Virus record (IMG/VR): IMGVR_UViG_3300036651_002280
Span: 589-64,588 of that record
Strand: one strand, 5' to 3'
Source of the DNA: a virus
Taxonomy: Duplodnaviria; Caudoviricetes
DNA: 64,000 bases
In this document: in pieces, positions 37,098 through 45,255 of the stretch
Layout of the letters: the number at the start of each line of letters is the position of its first letter
How positions within the stretch are numbered: position 1 is the stretch's first letter
Translations under genes and position numbers: made by a program
Notes under the pieces: generated by a model
Seen by the model: the letters and a program-made list of their open reading frames with translations, nothing else
Database searches by the model: none
Told to the model about the DNA's origin: nothing

Positions 37098-37799
37098 TCA
37101 GGCGTAGACGAGCTGCTGTCCGGCCTGGTCAGCCGGGACCTCGACGTCCTCGTAGCAGATGTCGCACGACTCGCCCGTCTCGCATCCCCTGCGGTAGCCC
37201 TCCCTGAGCCGCCGGACCGTTACAGGCTCCGGCCCCGCCTCCTCCAGCAGATCGCCGATGATCCTCAGCACGTCGTCGAGGGTGTTGCTGCCGCTGAACA
37301 GCGCGGCGCGCTGGTTGTAGGTCAGGCCGAGCTTCTCCTGGGCGTAGTCCTCGACGCGGACCTCCTCGTCGGGGTCGATCTCGGGGAAGACGACCCGGCT
37401 GGTGTCGTAGCCGGGGGAGAACCGGGCCCAGTCGCCCAGCTCGTCGACGACGGGCACGCCGCCGTCCTCGATGGCGACCTTCCCCGCGATGCAGCACGCG
37501 GTGCCGCAGCCGCCGACCTCGGCGGCGCCGTCCCGACGGGTGAGCCAGGCTCCCTGCTCCCACTCGTTCGGCAGGCCGAGCCGCCGCTTCGCGTCCTCCC
37601 CGGCCGCCCACTGGGCGAGCCGGATCAGCCGCTGCCGGTTGGGGCCCGGCACGTCCTGCACCTGGCCGTAGTCCTCCAGGTCGACGGTCCTGACGCGGTC
37701 GTCGGCGCGGAGCACCTGCGCCACGACGTCGGCCGGGGCCTGGTTGCCGACGGTCACGACGTCGACGGTGACCGTCTGGCGCTTCTTCTTGCTACCCAT
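37098..37799 (-). CDS. Hypothetical phage protein
   Basis: W.Q..W...CGT.CCIAG, LGL...Q..ALF. Confidence 0.7.
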   Translation of the reverse strand: MGSKKKRQTVTVDVVTVGNQAPADVVAQVLRADDRVRTVDLEDYGQVQDVPGPNRQRLIRLAQWAAGEDAKRRLGLPNEWEQGAWLTRRDGAAEVGGCGTACCIAGKVAIEDGGVPVVDELGDWARFSPGYDTSRVVFPEIDPDEEVRVEDYAQEKLGLTYNQRAALFSGSNTLDDVLRIIGDLLEEAGPEPVTVRRLREGYRRGCETGESCDICYEDVEVPADQAGQQLVYA

Positions 37800-37889
37800 G
37801 GTTCCTGTTCCTCCTGGATGGTGGTGGCGTCGGATGCCGATCTGGCCTCCGCGGAGCCCGGCCGGACGTGCCGGTCGGGACCGTGGGAG

Positions 37890-38225
37890 TCACTCGGCGA
37901 CGGTGTGGCCCCCGGCCTGCTGGAAGCGGACCCCGGCGAGGAACGCCGACGCCCAGAGCGCGGCGAACGCCTTCACCGGGTCGATCAGGCCGAGGACCAG
38001 CATCGGCAGGATCGAGTGCAGCGAGCCGCTGGCGGCCAGCATCGAGGTGTCGTAGAGCGACGTCGGGTCGGCCAGGTCACCGAAGGCGGCCTGCATCTGG
38101 GCGATGGCGTCGTCCTGGCCGACGGGCGCCCGGTCCTCCCAGCCCTCGGGAAGACTGGCGTCCTGCTCGTCGAGCACCCGCCGCATCAGGTCGAAGTCGG
38201 GGTGCTGGGTGGTGGTGTCGGACAT
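37890..38225 (-). CDS. Hypothetical protein (paralogue of 38832-39155)
   Basis: AAGGAG RBS; PV....LW...FL.G.R.QQ. Confidence 0.7.
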   Translation of the reverse strand: MSDTTTQHPDFDLMRRVLDEQDASLPEGWEDRAPVGQDDAIAQMQAAFGDLADPTSLYDTSMLAASGSLHSILPMLVLGLIDPVKAFAALWASAFLAGVRFQQAGGHTVAE

Positions 38226-38314
38226 GCGGTGGATCTCCTTCTGGGTGGTGGGGTTCGAGCGCTGCTCTGGCGCCCGCGGCGCCCGACCGGACGTGCCGGT
38301 CGGGACCGTGGGGG

Positions 38315-38737
38315 TCAGAGGTAGGCCGCCTGGTCAGGCAGGTCGGTGAGGGAGTTCGAGCTGGGCGCCTGCTCCTGCAGCGGCGCCGAGTTGCTCTCGA
38401 TGAAGCGCTGCAGCTGCTTCGCCGCGGCGCTCTGGTCGAAGTCCGGTCCGAGGGTCTCGACGAAGGCGTCGCGCACCGTCGCCTCGATACGGGCCTGCAG
38501 GCCCTTCAGCTCGCCGAGCACGTCGGAGAGGGCGTCGGCCGCGTCGTCGCTGGGCGCGCTGCGCAGGCCGCGCGTGACGGCGCGCTTCATGCCGCCGACC
38601 GCCTGCGAGATGGTGCCCAGCTCCTTCAGCGTGAAGGACATGGGGCGCTCGGAGTGCTGGACCTCGGTGATCCGGCCGAGTAGGTCCCGGACGTCGGAGG
38701 GGAGGTCGGTGCTGTCGATCGGGATGGTGTTCAACAC
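38315..38737 (-). CDS. Hypothetical helical protein
   Basis: AGGAG RBS; bounded by repeats. Confidence 0.65.
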   Translation of the reverse strand: MLNTIPIDSTDLPSDVRDLLGRITEVQHSERPMSFTLKELGTISQAVGGMKRAVTRGLRSAPSDDAADALSDVLGELKGLQARIEATVRDAFVETLGPDFDQSAAAKQLQRFIESNSAPLQEQAPSSNSLTDLPDQAAYL

Positions 38738-38831
38738 GGGAGGGATCTCCTGTCGGTGGTGTGGTGGTGGGTTCGGAAGCCTTCTGGCGCCCGCGGCACC
38801 CGGCCGGACGAGCCGGTCGGGACCGTGGGGG

Positions 38832-39155
38832 TCAGTCGTCGGCGGCCGTCGGCTCGGAGAGCAGCTGCTGGACGCGGGCGCCGACGAGGAACCCGGCCTG
38901 CCAGAGACCGGCCATCGACTCGACCGGCTGCTGCAGGAAGTCCTGCGGGGTGTAGACGGTCATCGCGGTGCGCCCCTGCTGGTTGGCGGCGTCCATGACG
39001 GCCTCGATGTCGAGGCCGAGCTGGGTGTGGAGCGCGGTCATCTCGGCCAGGGCCTCATCCCTGGTCTGGTCCTCGCAGTCGGCGGGCACCTGGTCGTTCA
39101 GCTCGGTCAGCGCCTGGCGGATGGCCTCGGCGGTGGGGGAGGTGGTCGTGGTCAT
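38832..39155 (-). CDS. Hypothetical protein
   Basis: GAGGA RBS; bounded by repeats. Confidence 0.7.
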   Translation of the reverse strand: MTTTTSPTAEAIRQALTELNDQVPADCEDQTRDEALAEMTALHTQLGLDIEAVMDAANQQGRTAMTVYTPQDFLQQPVESMAGLWQAGFLVGARVQQLLSEPTAADD

Positions 39156-39251
39156 CGGTGCAGTCCTCGTTCTCTGTGGGGTGGTGGGTTCGGAAGCCTT
39201 CTGGCGCCCGCGGCGCCCGGCCGGATTGGGGCCCGGCCGGGACCGTGGGGG

Positions 39252-39434
39252 TCAGACCCGCTCGCCCTCGGGCGTGAGGTAGCCCGCGTCGATGAGGGCG
39301 CTGGCCGTGCGGCCGTAGCTGCCCTGCAGGCTCCAGACGGTGCCGTCGCTGACCAGCTCGCTGAACAGGTCGAGCACCTCGTCGGTGTCCAGCTCGCCGG
39401 ACTCGAAGGCGATGATCTTGTCGATGTCGACCAT
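39252..39434 (-). CDS. Small acidic phage protein
   Basis: E.GEL...E...LF..L...G.VWSLQG.YGR.A..LI..G. Confidence 0.7.
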   Translation of the reverse strand: MVDIDKIIAFESGELDTDEVLDLFSELVSDGTVWSLQGSYGRTASALIDAGYLTPEGERV

Positions 39435-39616
39435 CAGGCGGCCACCTCCACGGTGGCGAGCCAGGTCAGCTCGTCGAGCCAGGCGATGAACATCTCGCTG
39501 GAGGTCTCGCCGAGGGCGACGAAGGCGTCCGGGACGCCGTGCGCCGGGGCCAGGATCTCGACATCCTCGGGGAGTCGGTCGCGGCCGTCGTTGGGGTTGA
39601 AGTGGGCCTTGAACAA
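39434..39616 (-). CDS. Hypothetical protein
   Basis: GGGAG RBS; TGATG coupling. Confidence 0.55.
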   Translation of the reverse strand: MFKAHFNPNDGRDRLPEDVEILAPAHGVPDAFVALGETSSEMFIAWLDELTWLATVEVAA

Positions 39617-39682
39617 GGGGATCTCCCTGTGGTGGTGGTGGTGGGTTGGCGAGAATCTCTCGCCGTTGTCCTACATCTTCCT

Positions 39683-39709
39683 CAACGTCTGACCGATGTC
39701 AATGATTCC
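39683..39709 (-). promoter_or_regulatory. SigR/SigH-type promoter (with embedded TTGACA)
   Basis: GGAAT-N18-GTTG on minus strand. Confidence 0.6.
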
Positions 39710-39779
39710 CGACGGGAAAGTTCGGACAGTGCTGATCAGACGGGTGCGGTGTCTAGTTGTTGTGACGAAAGGGGAGCGG

Positions 39780-40694
39780 TCAGACGACCGCGGTGACCCG
39801 CGTCACGGTGGTCTCGGGCAGGCCGTTGTACTCGCCGTGGTCCTTCGGGGTGGCCTTCACGCGCACCGTGCCGCCGTGGTTCTTCAGGTTCAGCGCGGTG
39901 TCGATGAAGTTGCCCGACGTCCAGGTCTTCAGGACGTGGCCCTCGCCGGTCTTCATCGTCACCAGCCAGCGGGTGCCGTAGTCGCTCTCGAAGGACTTGA
40001 CGCCGACGACCTCGACCTCGGCCTCGCCGCGCTTGCCGACGGTGCCCCAGTGGCCAGCGGCCCGTCGCTGGGCGGCCCGCTCAGCCATGCTGGCCATGGC
40101 GATCTTGACGGCCTCGGCCTGCCGGTCGGTGAGCGGCTTCAGGTCGTCGAAGACCTGCACGGCGAGCTTCGCCGGGAAGGTGTGGGCCGGACCTCGGTAG
40201 CCGTCGCCCGGCTGGGGCTCGTGGCCGGTGATGGCCTCGACCGCGCTGGCCGAGGTGCCGTCGGCGTCCCAGCTCTCCATCGGCGGGAGGTGCTTGGCCA
40301 GCTCGGCGACCAGCTCGGCGTTGGCGGCCTTCCAGGCGGCCAGCTTGGCGTCGCGCTCGGCGATCTCGGCCAGCCGCTTGCGCTCGCGGCGCTCGGCGGC
40401 CTTCATGCGGTTGATCGCGCGCCGCTCGATGTCGGCGAGGCTGGCCGGTCGGCCGTAGCCCTCTCCGCCGCACTCGTAGCAGATGTCGTCCTCGCCGTTG
40501 AACAGGTAGTGCCCGTACCCCAGGCCGCAGCGGCGGCACAGGTCGTGCGGCTCGCCGTCGACCATCAGGCCGACGGTCTCGGGGCAGTTGGAGCCCGCGA
40601 ACGAGATCTCGGCGAACTGGTACTTCGTCCAGCCTCTCGGCACGGTGTGGGTGAACGGCTCGCCGACGGTGAGCGCGGTAGTCATGGTGGTCAT
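39780..40694 (-). CDS. Zn-finger plus OB-fold-like protein
   Basis: CRRCG.G..CYECGG.G; C-terminal G.VGKR, S.YG, H.EY.G..ET..TR. Confidence 0.65.
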   Translation of the reverse strand: MTTMTTALTVGEPFTHTVPRGWTKYQFAEISFAGSNCPETVGLMVDGEPHDLCRRCGLGYGHYLFNGEDDICYECGGEGYGRPASLADIERRAINRMKAAERRERKRLAEIAERDAKLAAWKAANAELVAELAKHLPPMESWDADGTSASAVEAITGHEPQPGDGYRGPAHTFPAKLAVQVFDDLKPLTDRQAEAVKIAMASMAERAAQRRAAGHWGTVGKRGEAEVEVVGVKSFESDYGTRWLVTMKTGEGHVLKTWTSGNFIDTALNLKNHGGTVRVKATPKDHGEYNGLPETTVTRVTAVV

Positions 40695-40729
40695 CGGTTC
40701 CTCGGTGGTGGGGAGTGTGACATCAGGTA

Positions 40730-40755
40730 CAACGCCTGACCGACGTCATCATTCC
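40730..40755 (-). promoter_or_regulatory. SigR/SigH-type promoter
   Basis: GGAAT-N17-GTTG on minus strand. Confidence 0.6.
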
Positions 40756-40812
40756 TTGACGACCGATTCTTGACAACATGCACGACGGCGAGCGTGGCCG
40801 CCCCCTGTCTGC

Positions 40813-41103
40813 ACAACCAAGATCATGGTCACACCAAGGCCGCCCCGACCGTGTACTGTGTGCACACATGGGAACGCCCTGCACGGAGAAAGGCCAGGTC
40901 AGGGCTGACCGAAGACATAAGACCAGGTCACTGGGGGTGCTTATCAGGGATTATGAGTCCCGTGCTCTGACCAGCTGAGCTACCGCCCCAGTTGAGCGTG
41001 GCGACCAGGCTGTCTAAAGTTGTCCGCCAGAGGGACAACCAAGATCATGGTCACACAAATGGTCACACACCCTGGTCGTGAGACCCCGTTGACGTGTGAC
41101 CAT
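40813..41103. mobile_element. attP region with arm-type repeats
   Basis: ACAACCAAGATCATGGTCACAC at 40813 and 41035; ATGGTCACAC at 41059 and inverted at 41094; these flank the tRNA fragment. Confidence 0.75.
40947..40989 (-). tRNA. Partial tRNA-Met/Ile2 (CAT), 5' 43 nt only; attP common core
   Basis: GGGGCGG TA GCTC AGCTGGTCA GAGC A CGGGA CTCATAA TCCC; no T arm or 3' acceptor strand. Confidence 0.75.
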
Positions 41104-41142
41104 GTTGGGAATCCTACGACACTGTCTGAGCTTGGACGTGAT

Positions 41143-41337
41143 GTGACCGACACCACCACTGGTCAGCTCGTGACCCTGCCACCGCCGCCCGGCGGGCTGG
41201 TGCACGTCGTCGAGCGGGCCTACCCGTCCGGCCGCGCCCGCCTCGTCTGCGGGCGTGTCGTCCGCCGCGAGATGGTCCCCCGAGAGGAGAGCACCGTGAT
41301 CACCTGCTCGACCTGCAGGCGCGAGGAGGCCCGGTGA
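41143..41337 (+). CDS. Small Zn-ribbon-like protein
   Basis: H..CG..C..C; GTGA overlap downstream. Confidence 0.45.
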   Translation: MTDTTTGQLVTLPPPPGGLVHVVERAYPSGRARLVCGRVVRREMVPREESTVITCSTCRREEAR

Positions 41338-41792
41338 GCGCCTTCACCCCGGAGCTGATCCGGCTGCCGCTGCCCGACCGGGCCTTCGTCCTCGCCGCCC
41401 GCGCCCACGCGGGTCAGCGGGACAAGGCCGGGCTGGACTACTTCACCGCGCACGTCTACGACGTCGCCGAGCGGGTCGGCGGCCAGCCGGGCTACGTCGA
41501 GGCGGTCGCCTACCTCCACGACGTCCTGGAGGACACCGACGTCACCGAGGCCGAGCTGCGCGCGCTGTTCCCGGAGCACGTCGTCGACGCCGTCGTGGCG
41601 CTGACGCGGGCCGCGGGGGAGGGGCCCGACGACTACTACCGGCGGGTCCGGGGCAACGCCGTAGCGCTGCTGGTGAAGATGGCCGACATCGAGAGCAACG
41701 CCGACCCCCAGCGGATGGCGCTGCTGGCCGAGCCGGTACGCGAGCGGCTGATGGCGAAGTACGCCCACGCCCGCGAGGTGCTCCACCTGTGA
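41334..41792 (+). CDS. HD-domain (p)ppGpp hydrolase-like (small alarmone hydrolase)
   Basis: AH.GQ.DK.G..Y..H, LHDVLEDT, VK.AD..N. Confidence 0.8.
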   Translation: MSAFTPELIRLPLPDRAFVLAARAHAGQRDKAGLDYFTAHVYDVAERVGGQPGYVEAVAYLHDVLEDTDVTEAELRALFPEHVVDAVVALTRAAGEGPDDYYRRVRGNAVALLVKMADIESNADPQRMALLAEPVRERLMAKYAHAREVLHL

Positions 41793-42109
41793 ATGTGGCG
41801 TGTCCGAGTTTCCTATCCGCTGTCCATCGGGTAGGCATCGGACGCATGAAGTGCTGCAACGCTCGCGGTGATGCCCACTTCCACTGGTGCCAGCAGGTAG
41901 GCGGCCGAGGCTTCTCCGAGCACCAGCTGCGGTGCGTCGTCGAGGCCGAGCGCGCCGCCCGATGTCGCGGCGACCGCGAGGCCGCGCGCATGAAGGACGC
42001 ACGGGAGCTGGCCGAGCGCGTCGCCCGCCAGGCGGGGCGCCCGATCACCCCCGGCATGATCGACCGAGCCGTCGGCCTGCTCCTGGGCCGAACACCCACC
42101 ACCACCTGA
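41789..42109 (+). CDS. Hypothetical Cys-rich protein
   Basis: Overlap with upstream stop; start uncertain. Confidence 0.35.
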   Translation: MNVACPSFLSAVHRVGIGRMKCCNARGDAHFHWCQQVGGRGFSEHQLRCVVEAERAARCRGDREAARMKDARELAERVARQAGRPITPGMIDRAVGLLLGRTPTTT

Positions 42110-42128
42110 AGATCGAGGAGACCCCCAC

Positions 42129-42311
42129 ATGGGACCCCAGTACGTCGTCCTGCTGAACGCCTACGGCACCGGCAACCTCGGTGACGTCACCGTCTACGGC
42201 CCGTTCCACGAGCGGGAGGACGCCGAGGAGCTGGTCGCCAAGCTGAAGCAGCGCGACCGCGACACCGACGTCGAGATCGAGACCATCCAGTCCGCGGGGG
42301 TGCTGGCGTGA
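42129..42311 (+). CDS. Hypothetical protein
   Basis: GAGGAG RBS; VYGPF...EDA. Confidence 0.6.
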   Translation: MGPQYVVLLNAYGTGNLGDVTVYGPFHEREDAEELVAKLKQRDRDTDVEIETIQSAGVLA

Positions 42312-42652
42312 CGCTCGCACTCGTCATCAAGCCCGGCGACAACCACGTCACCCGCATCGAGGTCGACGGCAACGACCTGGAGGCCATGCAGGCGCTGGTC
42401 GGCGGCTGGCTGGAGGGCTTCCCGCTGCTGGACGCCCAGGCGCTGGTCAACGAGGAGGGCAAGCTGTCCGGCCTGCAGCCCAACGTGCTGGCCACCCGGC
42501 TGGCGCACGCCGCGGCCGCCATCCACCCCGGCGACGAGATCAACGGGCCCATGGTCCTGGTCAGCGTCCAGCGCGGCGGGAAGACCGGCGACGTGCCCGA
42601 TCGGCTGGTCGAGTCGCTGCGCAGCTCGGGGATCGAGGTGCGCGAGGAGTGA
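42308..42652 (+). CDS. DUF3846-like protein
   Basis: L..MQ.LVGG.LE, VNEEGK..GL.PN..AT, I.G.MVL. Confidence 0.7.
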   Translation: MTLALVIKPGDNHVTRIEVDGNDLEAMQALVGGWLEGFPLLDAQALVNEEGKLSGLQPNVLATRLAHAAAAIHPGDEINGPMVLVSVQRGGKTGDVPDRLVESLRSSGIEVREE

Positions 42653-42975
42653 CCACGACGACGCGCGTGGATGTCCGCGCCCAGCTCGACCGCGTCTCCT
42701 ACCGGCCCGGCTGGAAGATCGAGTATCACGAGGGCGACTGGGGGGACGGCTGGATCGTCGTGCGGGCCAAGGTGCCCGACACCTACGACCCCGGCCGCGA
42801 GGTCGAGATCCTCCACACCGGCCGCGTCCCGTCCTACCTCCTCGACGACGACGAGGAGACGTTCATCCACTGGCTGGCGCACTTCCTTCAGGGGGTGGAG
42901 CGGCACGAGTCGCGCGAGTGGTTCCGCGTCGACGGCGCGATCTACGACGACCCCCACAAGGACGGCGGCTGGTGA
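42649..42975 (+). CDS. Hypothetical phage protein
   Basis: Y.PGW, E.HE.REW.R.DG....DPH. Confidence 0.65.
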   Translation: MTTTTRVDVRAQLDRVSYRPGWKIEYHEGDWGDGWIVVRAKVPDTYDPGREVEILHTGRVPSYLLDDDEETFIHWLAHFLQGVERHESREWFRVDGAIYDDPHKDGGW

Positions 42976-42979
42976 CCGG

Positions 42980-43228
42980 ATGAGGTGGGATCCCATCGGC
43001 GTGACCACCGGTCCGACCCGGATCGGTGGCACGACCATCCCCGCGGGTCAGCAGCTGCTGATCCCGATCGCCGAGCCCGGCGACATCGAGGACTGCCTGT
43101 CCTGCTCGTTCGGCCGCGACCACGACGTGTTCTACCCGATGGACGAGGCCGAGCAGTTCCGCCTCCACCTGGAGCGGCACCTGATCCCGCAGGTCCGCTA
43201 CCGGGAGGCGCCGGAGCCGGACGCCTGA
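42980..43228 (+). CDS. Hypothetical protein
   Basis: Fills gap; coupled to next gene. Confidence 0.45.
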   Translation: MRWDPIGVTTGPTRIGGTTIPAGQQLLIPIAEPGDIEDCLSCSFGRDHDVFYPMDEAEQFRLHLERHLIPQVRYREAPEPDA

Positions 43229-43485
43229 TGGCCATCACCGTCACCCGGTGGGACGACCCGGCGACCCTGCTGCCCAAGCTGCGGATCGACGGCGCCGAGC
43301 CGCGCGAGGAGATGGCCGACGAGCTGATGCGCCAGATCGAGCAGGGCTCGCCGTGGGCCCGGACCGAGCGGGTCGGCGACGTCAGCGTGCTGCACCTCTG
43401 GGACGACTTCGGGCACCGCTACATCTACAAGATCACCGGCTACGACTTCGAGCGGGCCGTCTACAGGTTGGAGTGGCCAGACTGA
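43228..43485 (+). CDS. Hypothetical protein
   Basis: TGATG coupling at both ends. Confidence 0.55.
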   Translation: MAITVTRWDDPATLLPKLRIDGAEPREEMADELMRQIEQGSPWARTERVGDVSVLHLWDDFGHRYIYKITGYDFERAVYRLEWPD

Positions 43486-43649
43486 TGAAGATCACGAGCT
43501 ACCGGATCCGCTGGCGGCGCGGCGCCGCACGAGGCGGCCAGCAGTGCTCGCACACCGTCGCCGGGCGCATGGAGGCCGTCGACGAGCTGCGCTCGATCGA
43601 GCTGGCGGGGTGGACGTGCGGCTGCGAGCGGCACGATGGCGCCGCGTAA
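43485..43649 (+). CDS. Stand-alone duplicate of integrase N-terminal domain (54 aa)
   Basis: TSYRIRWR.G..R.GQQCSHT...R..AVD.LRSIELAGW.C.CERH shared with Int. Confidence 0.6.
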   Translation: MKITSYRIRWRRGAARGGQQCSHTVAGRMEAVDELRSIELAGWTCGCERHDGAA

Positions 43650-44820
43650 GCCCAACGGGATCGACATCCGGCGCAACGCCGACGGCACCACGAGCTACCG
43701 GATCCGGTGGCGGCAGGGTGGCGGGCGGGACGGCCAGCAGTGCTCGCACACCTTCACCCGACGGGTCGACGCCGTCGACGCGCTGCGCTCGATCGAGCTG
43801 GCCGGGTGGATGTGCTACTGCGAGCGGCACGCGCCCGGCGACGTCGAGCCCGGCCAGTTCGGCGCACAGGCCCGGCCGCGGCCGCTCACCTGGGGCGGCT
43901 ACGCCATGCGCCAGATCGAGAACCGCACCGGCATCGGCGACTACTACCGGGCCCGGTTCACGCGCGAGCTGCAGCTGCACTGCGCTCCGCTGCTGGAGCT
44001 GCCGATCGGCGACGTCGACCGCGACGTGGTCATCGAGTGGGCCCGCGGGCTGGAGCAGGCCGGGCTGTCGCCGACGACGATCCGGCGCCTGGTGGTGCAG
44101 GCCGGGAGTGTTCAGCGGGCCGCGGTCGACGCGGGTCTGACGCTCAACGGCAACCCGTTCGCCAAGCTGCGCACCGGCCGCCGGGACTCCGACCAGCACG
44201 AGGAGATGGTCTGCCTGACCCCGGCCGAGTGGGAGCGCCTGAAGGCCGCGCTGCCCGCGGGGGTCTACCGCAACCTGGCCACCGTGCTGGTCGGCACGGG
44301 GCTGCGCTGGGGCGAGGCGACGGCGCTGGCCGTCGGCGCGGTCGACCTGGAGGCCCGCCCGCCGCGGCTGCACGTCGGCCGGGCGTGGAAGGCCGACGGC
44401 AAGAACGGCTGGCTCCTGGGCCCGCCGAAGTCGCAGCGCTCGCGCCGGACGGTCACCTTCGGCTCCGCGGTCGCCGACGCGCTGGCCGCCCAGCTGGACG
44501 GCCGCGGCGAGGACGAGCTGGTCTTCACGGGCCCCCACGGGGGGGCTATCCGGTCGCAGAACTTCCGCCAGCGGGTCTGGCTGCCCGCCACCGAGGCTGC
44601 TGGTCTGCCGCGGCGGCCGCGGGTGCACGACCTGCGGCACACGCACGTCTCCTGGCTGATCGCGGCCGGACGGCCCGCGGCGGGGATCTCACGCCGGGTC
44701 GGGCACGAGTCGATCACGACGACGATCGACCGCTACGGGCACCTGATGCCGGAGGTCGACGACCGGGACGTGCAGGCCCTCGACGACGTCATGCCCACCG
44801 AGCCGGACGACGAGGACTAG
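43636..44820 (+). CDS. int: Tyrosine integrase
   Basis: TGLRWGE, PKS, HDLRH, GHES, RYGH catalytic set. Confidence 0.93.
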   Translation: MAPRKPNGIDIRRNADGTTSYRIRWRQGGGRDGQQCSHTFTRRVDAVDALRSIELAGWMCYCERHAPGDVEPGQFGAQARPRPLTWGGYAMRQIENRTGIGDYYRARFTRELQLHCAPLLELPIGDVDRDVVIEWARGLEQAGLSPTTIRRLVVQAGSVQRAAVDAGLTLNGNPFAKLRTGRRDSDQHEEMVCLTPAEWERLKAALPAGVYRNLATVLVGTGLRWGEATALAVGAVDLEARPPRLHVGRAWKADGKNGWLLGPPKSQRSRRTVTFGSAVADALAAQLDGRGEDELVFTGPHGGAIRSQNFRQRVWLPATEAAGLPRRPRVHDLRHTHVSWLIAAGRPAAGISRRVGHESITTTIDRYGHLMPEVDDRDVQALDDVMPTEPDDED

Positions 44821-45127
44821 GCAGACAGACGCTCCGTCCGACCTGGCGGGGCATCTGGTCATTCTGCTGCTGCAGCAGCGCGCAGGCGTGGCGCCTGGCC
44901 AGCGGCTGGGTGGCGTCGAAGATGAGCCACAGCTCGTCGCCCTCGGCGAGCAGCGCGGCGGGGCAGCCGGGGGGAAGATCCCGGTCCCGCAGGTGGATGT
45001 TGCCGATGTCGCAGCTGGTGGCACCCAGCATCACCCTCTGGGCCGCGGTGAGCTGCCCCGCTTCCACCGTCATCACGCCCACTGTCGACTCCCGCACCTC
45101 GTTCAAGGATCTTTCGCCACCCCCCAT
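44789..45127 (-). CDS. Hypothetical protein downstream of repressor
   Basis: Position where ImmA-type genes occur; no HExxH. Confidence 0.4.
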   Translation of the reverse strand: MGGGERSLNEVRESTVGVMTVEAGQLTAAQRVMLGATSCDIGNIHLRDRDLPPGCPAALLAEGDELWLIFDATQPLARRHACALLQQQNDQMPRQVGRSVCLPSPRRPARWA

Positions 45128-45255
45128 GAGAAAGGGGCACCTTCTGGGCGGTGCCCCGCCGCGTATCGGATCCAGCCGCGAGAGTAACTCCGGTCACATG
45201 CGACACGCCAGAGGGCGATTGCTGTGTAACGCCTGGTTACGCGGGGGATCGACCC

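Larger units (their letters stand above)
37821..39254. repeat. Four ~72 bp intergenic hairpin repeats (37821-37892, 38245-38317, 38764-38834, 39181-39254)
   Basis: GTGGTGG..CTGGC.CCGCGG..CCCGRCCGG-loop-CCGGYCGGGACCGTGGGRGTCA; each includes the upstream gene's TGA. Confidence 0.9.

Noticed and set aside
37821-39254. CRISPR array or canonical integron
   Set aside because: Spacers are whole 350-450 bp genes, there is no cas operon (the Cas4-like gene is a phage exonuclease) and there are no attC core sites.
40926-40989. Functional phage tRNA
   Set aside because: No TTCGA T-loop or 3' acceptor strand; better explained as an attP core.
41108-41134. Sixth ECF promoter GGAAT-N18-CTTG
   Set aside because: -10 element lacks GTT; not supportable.
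44789-45127. ImmA/IrrE antirepressor protease
   Set aside because: No HExxH motif; left as hypothetical.
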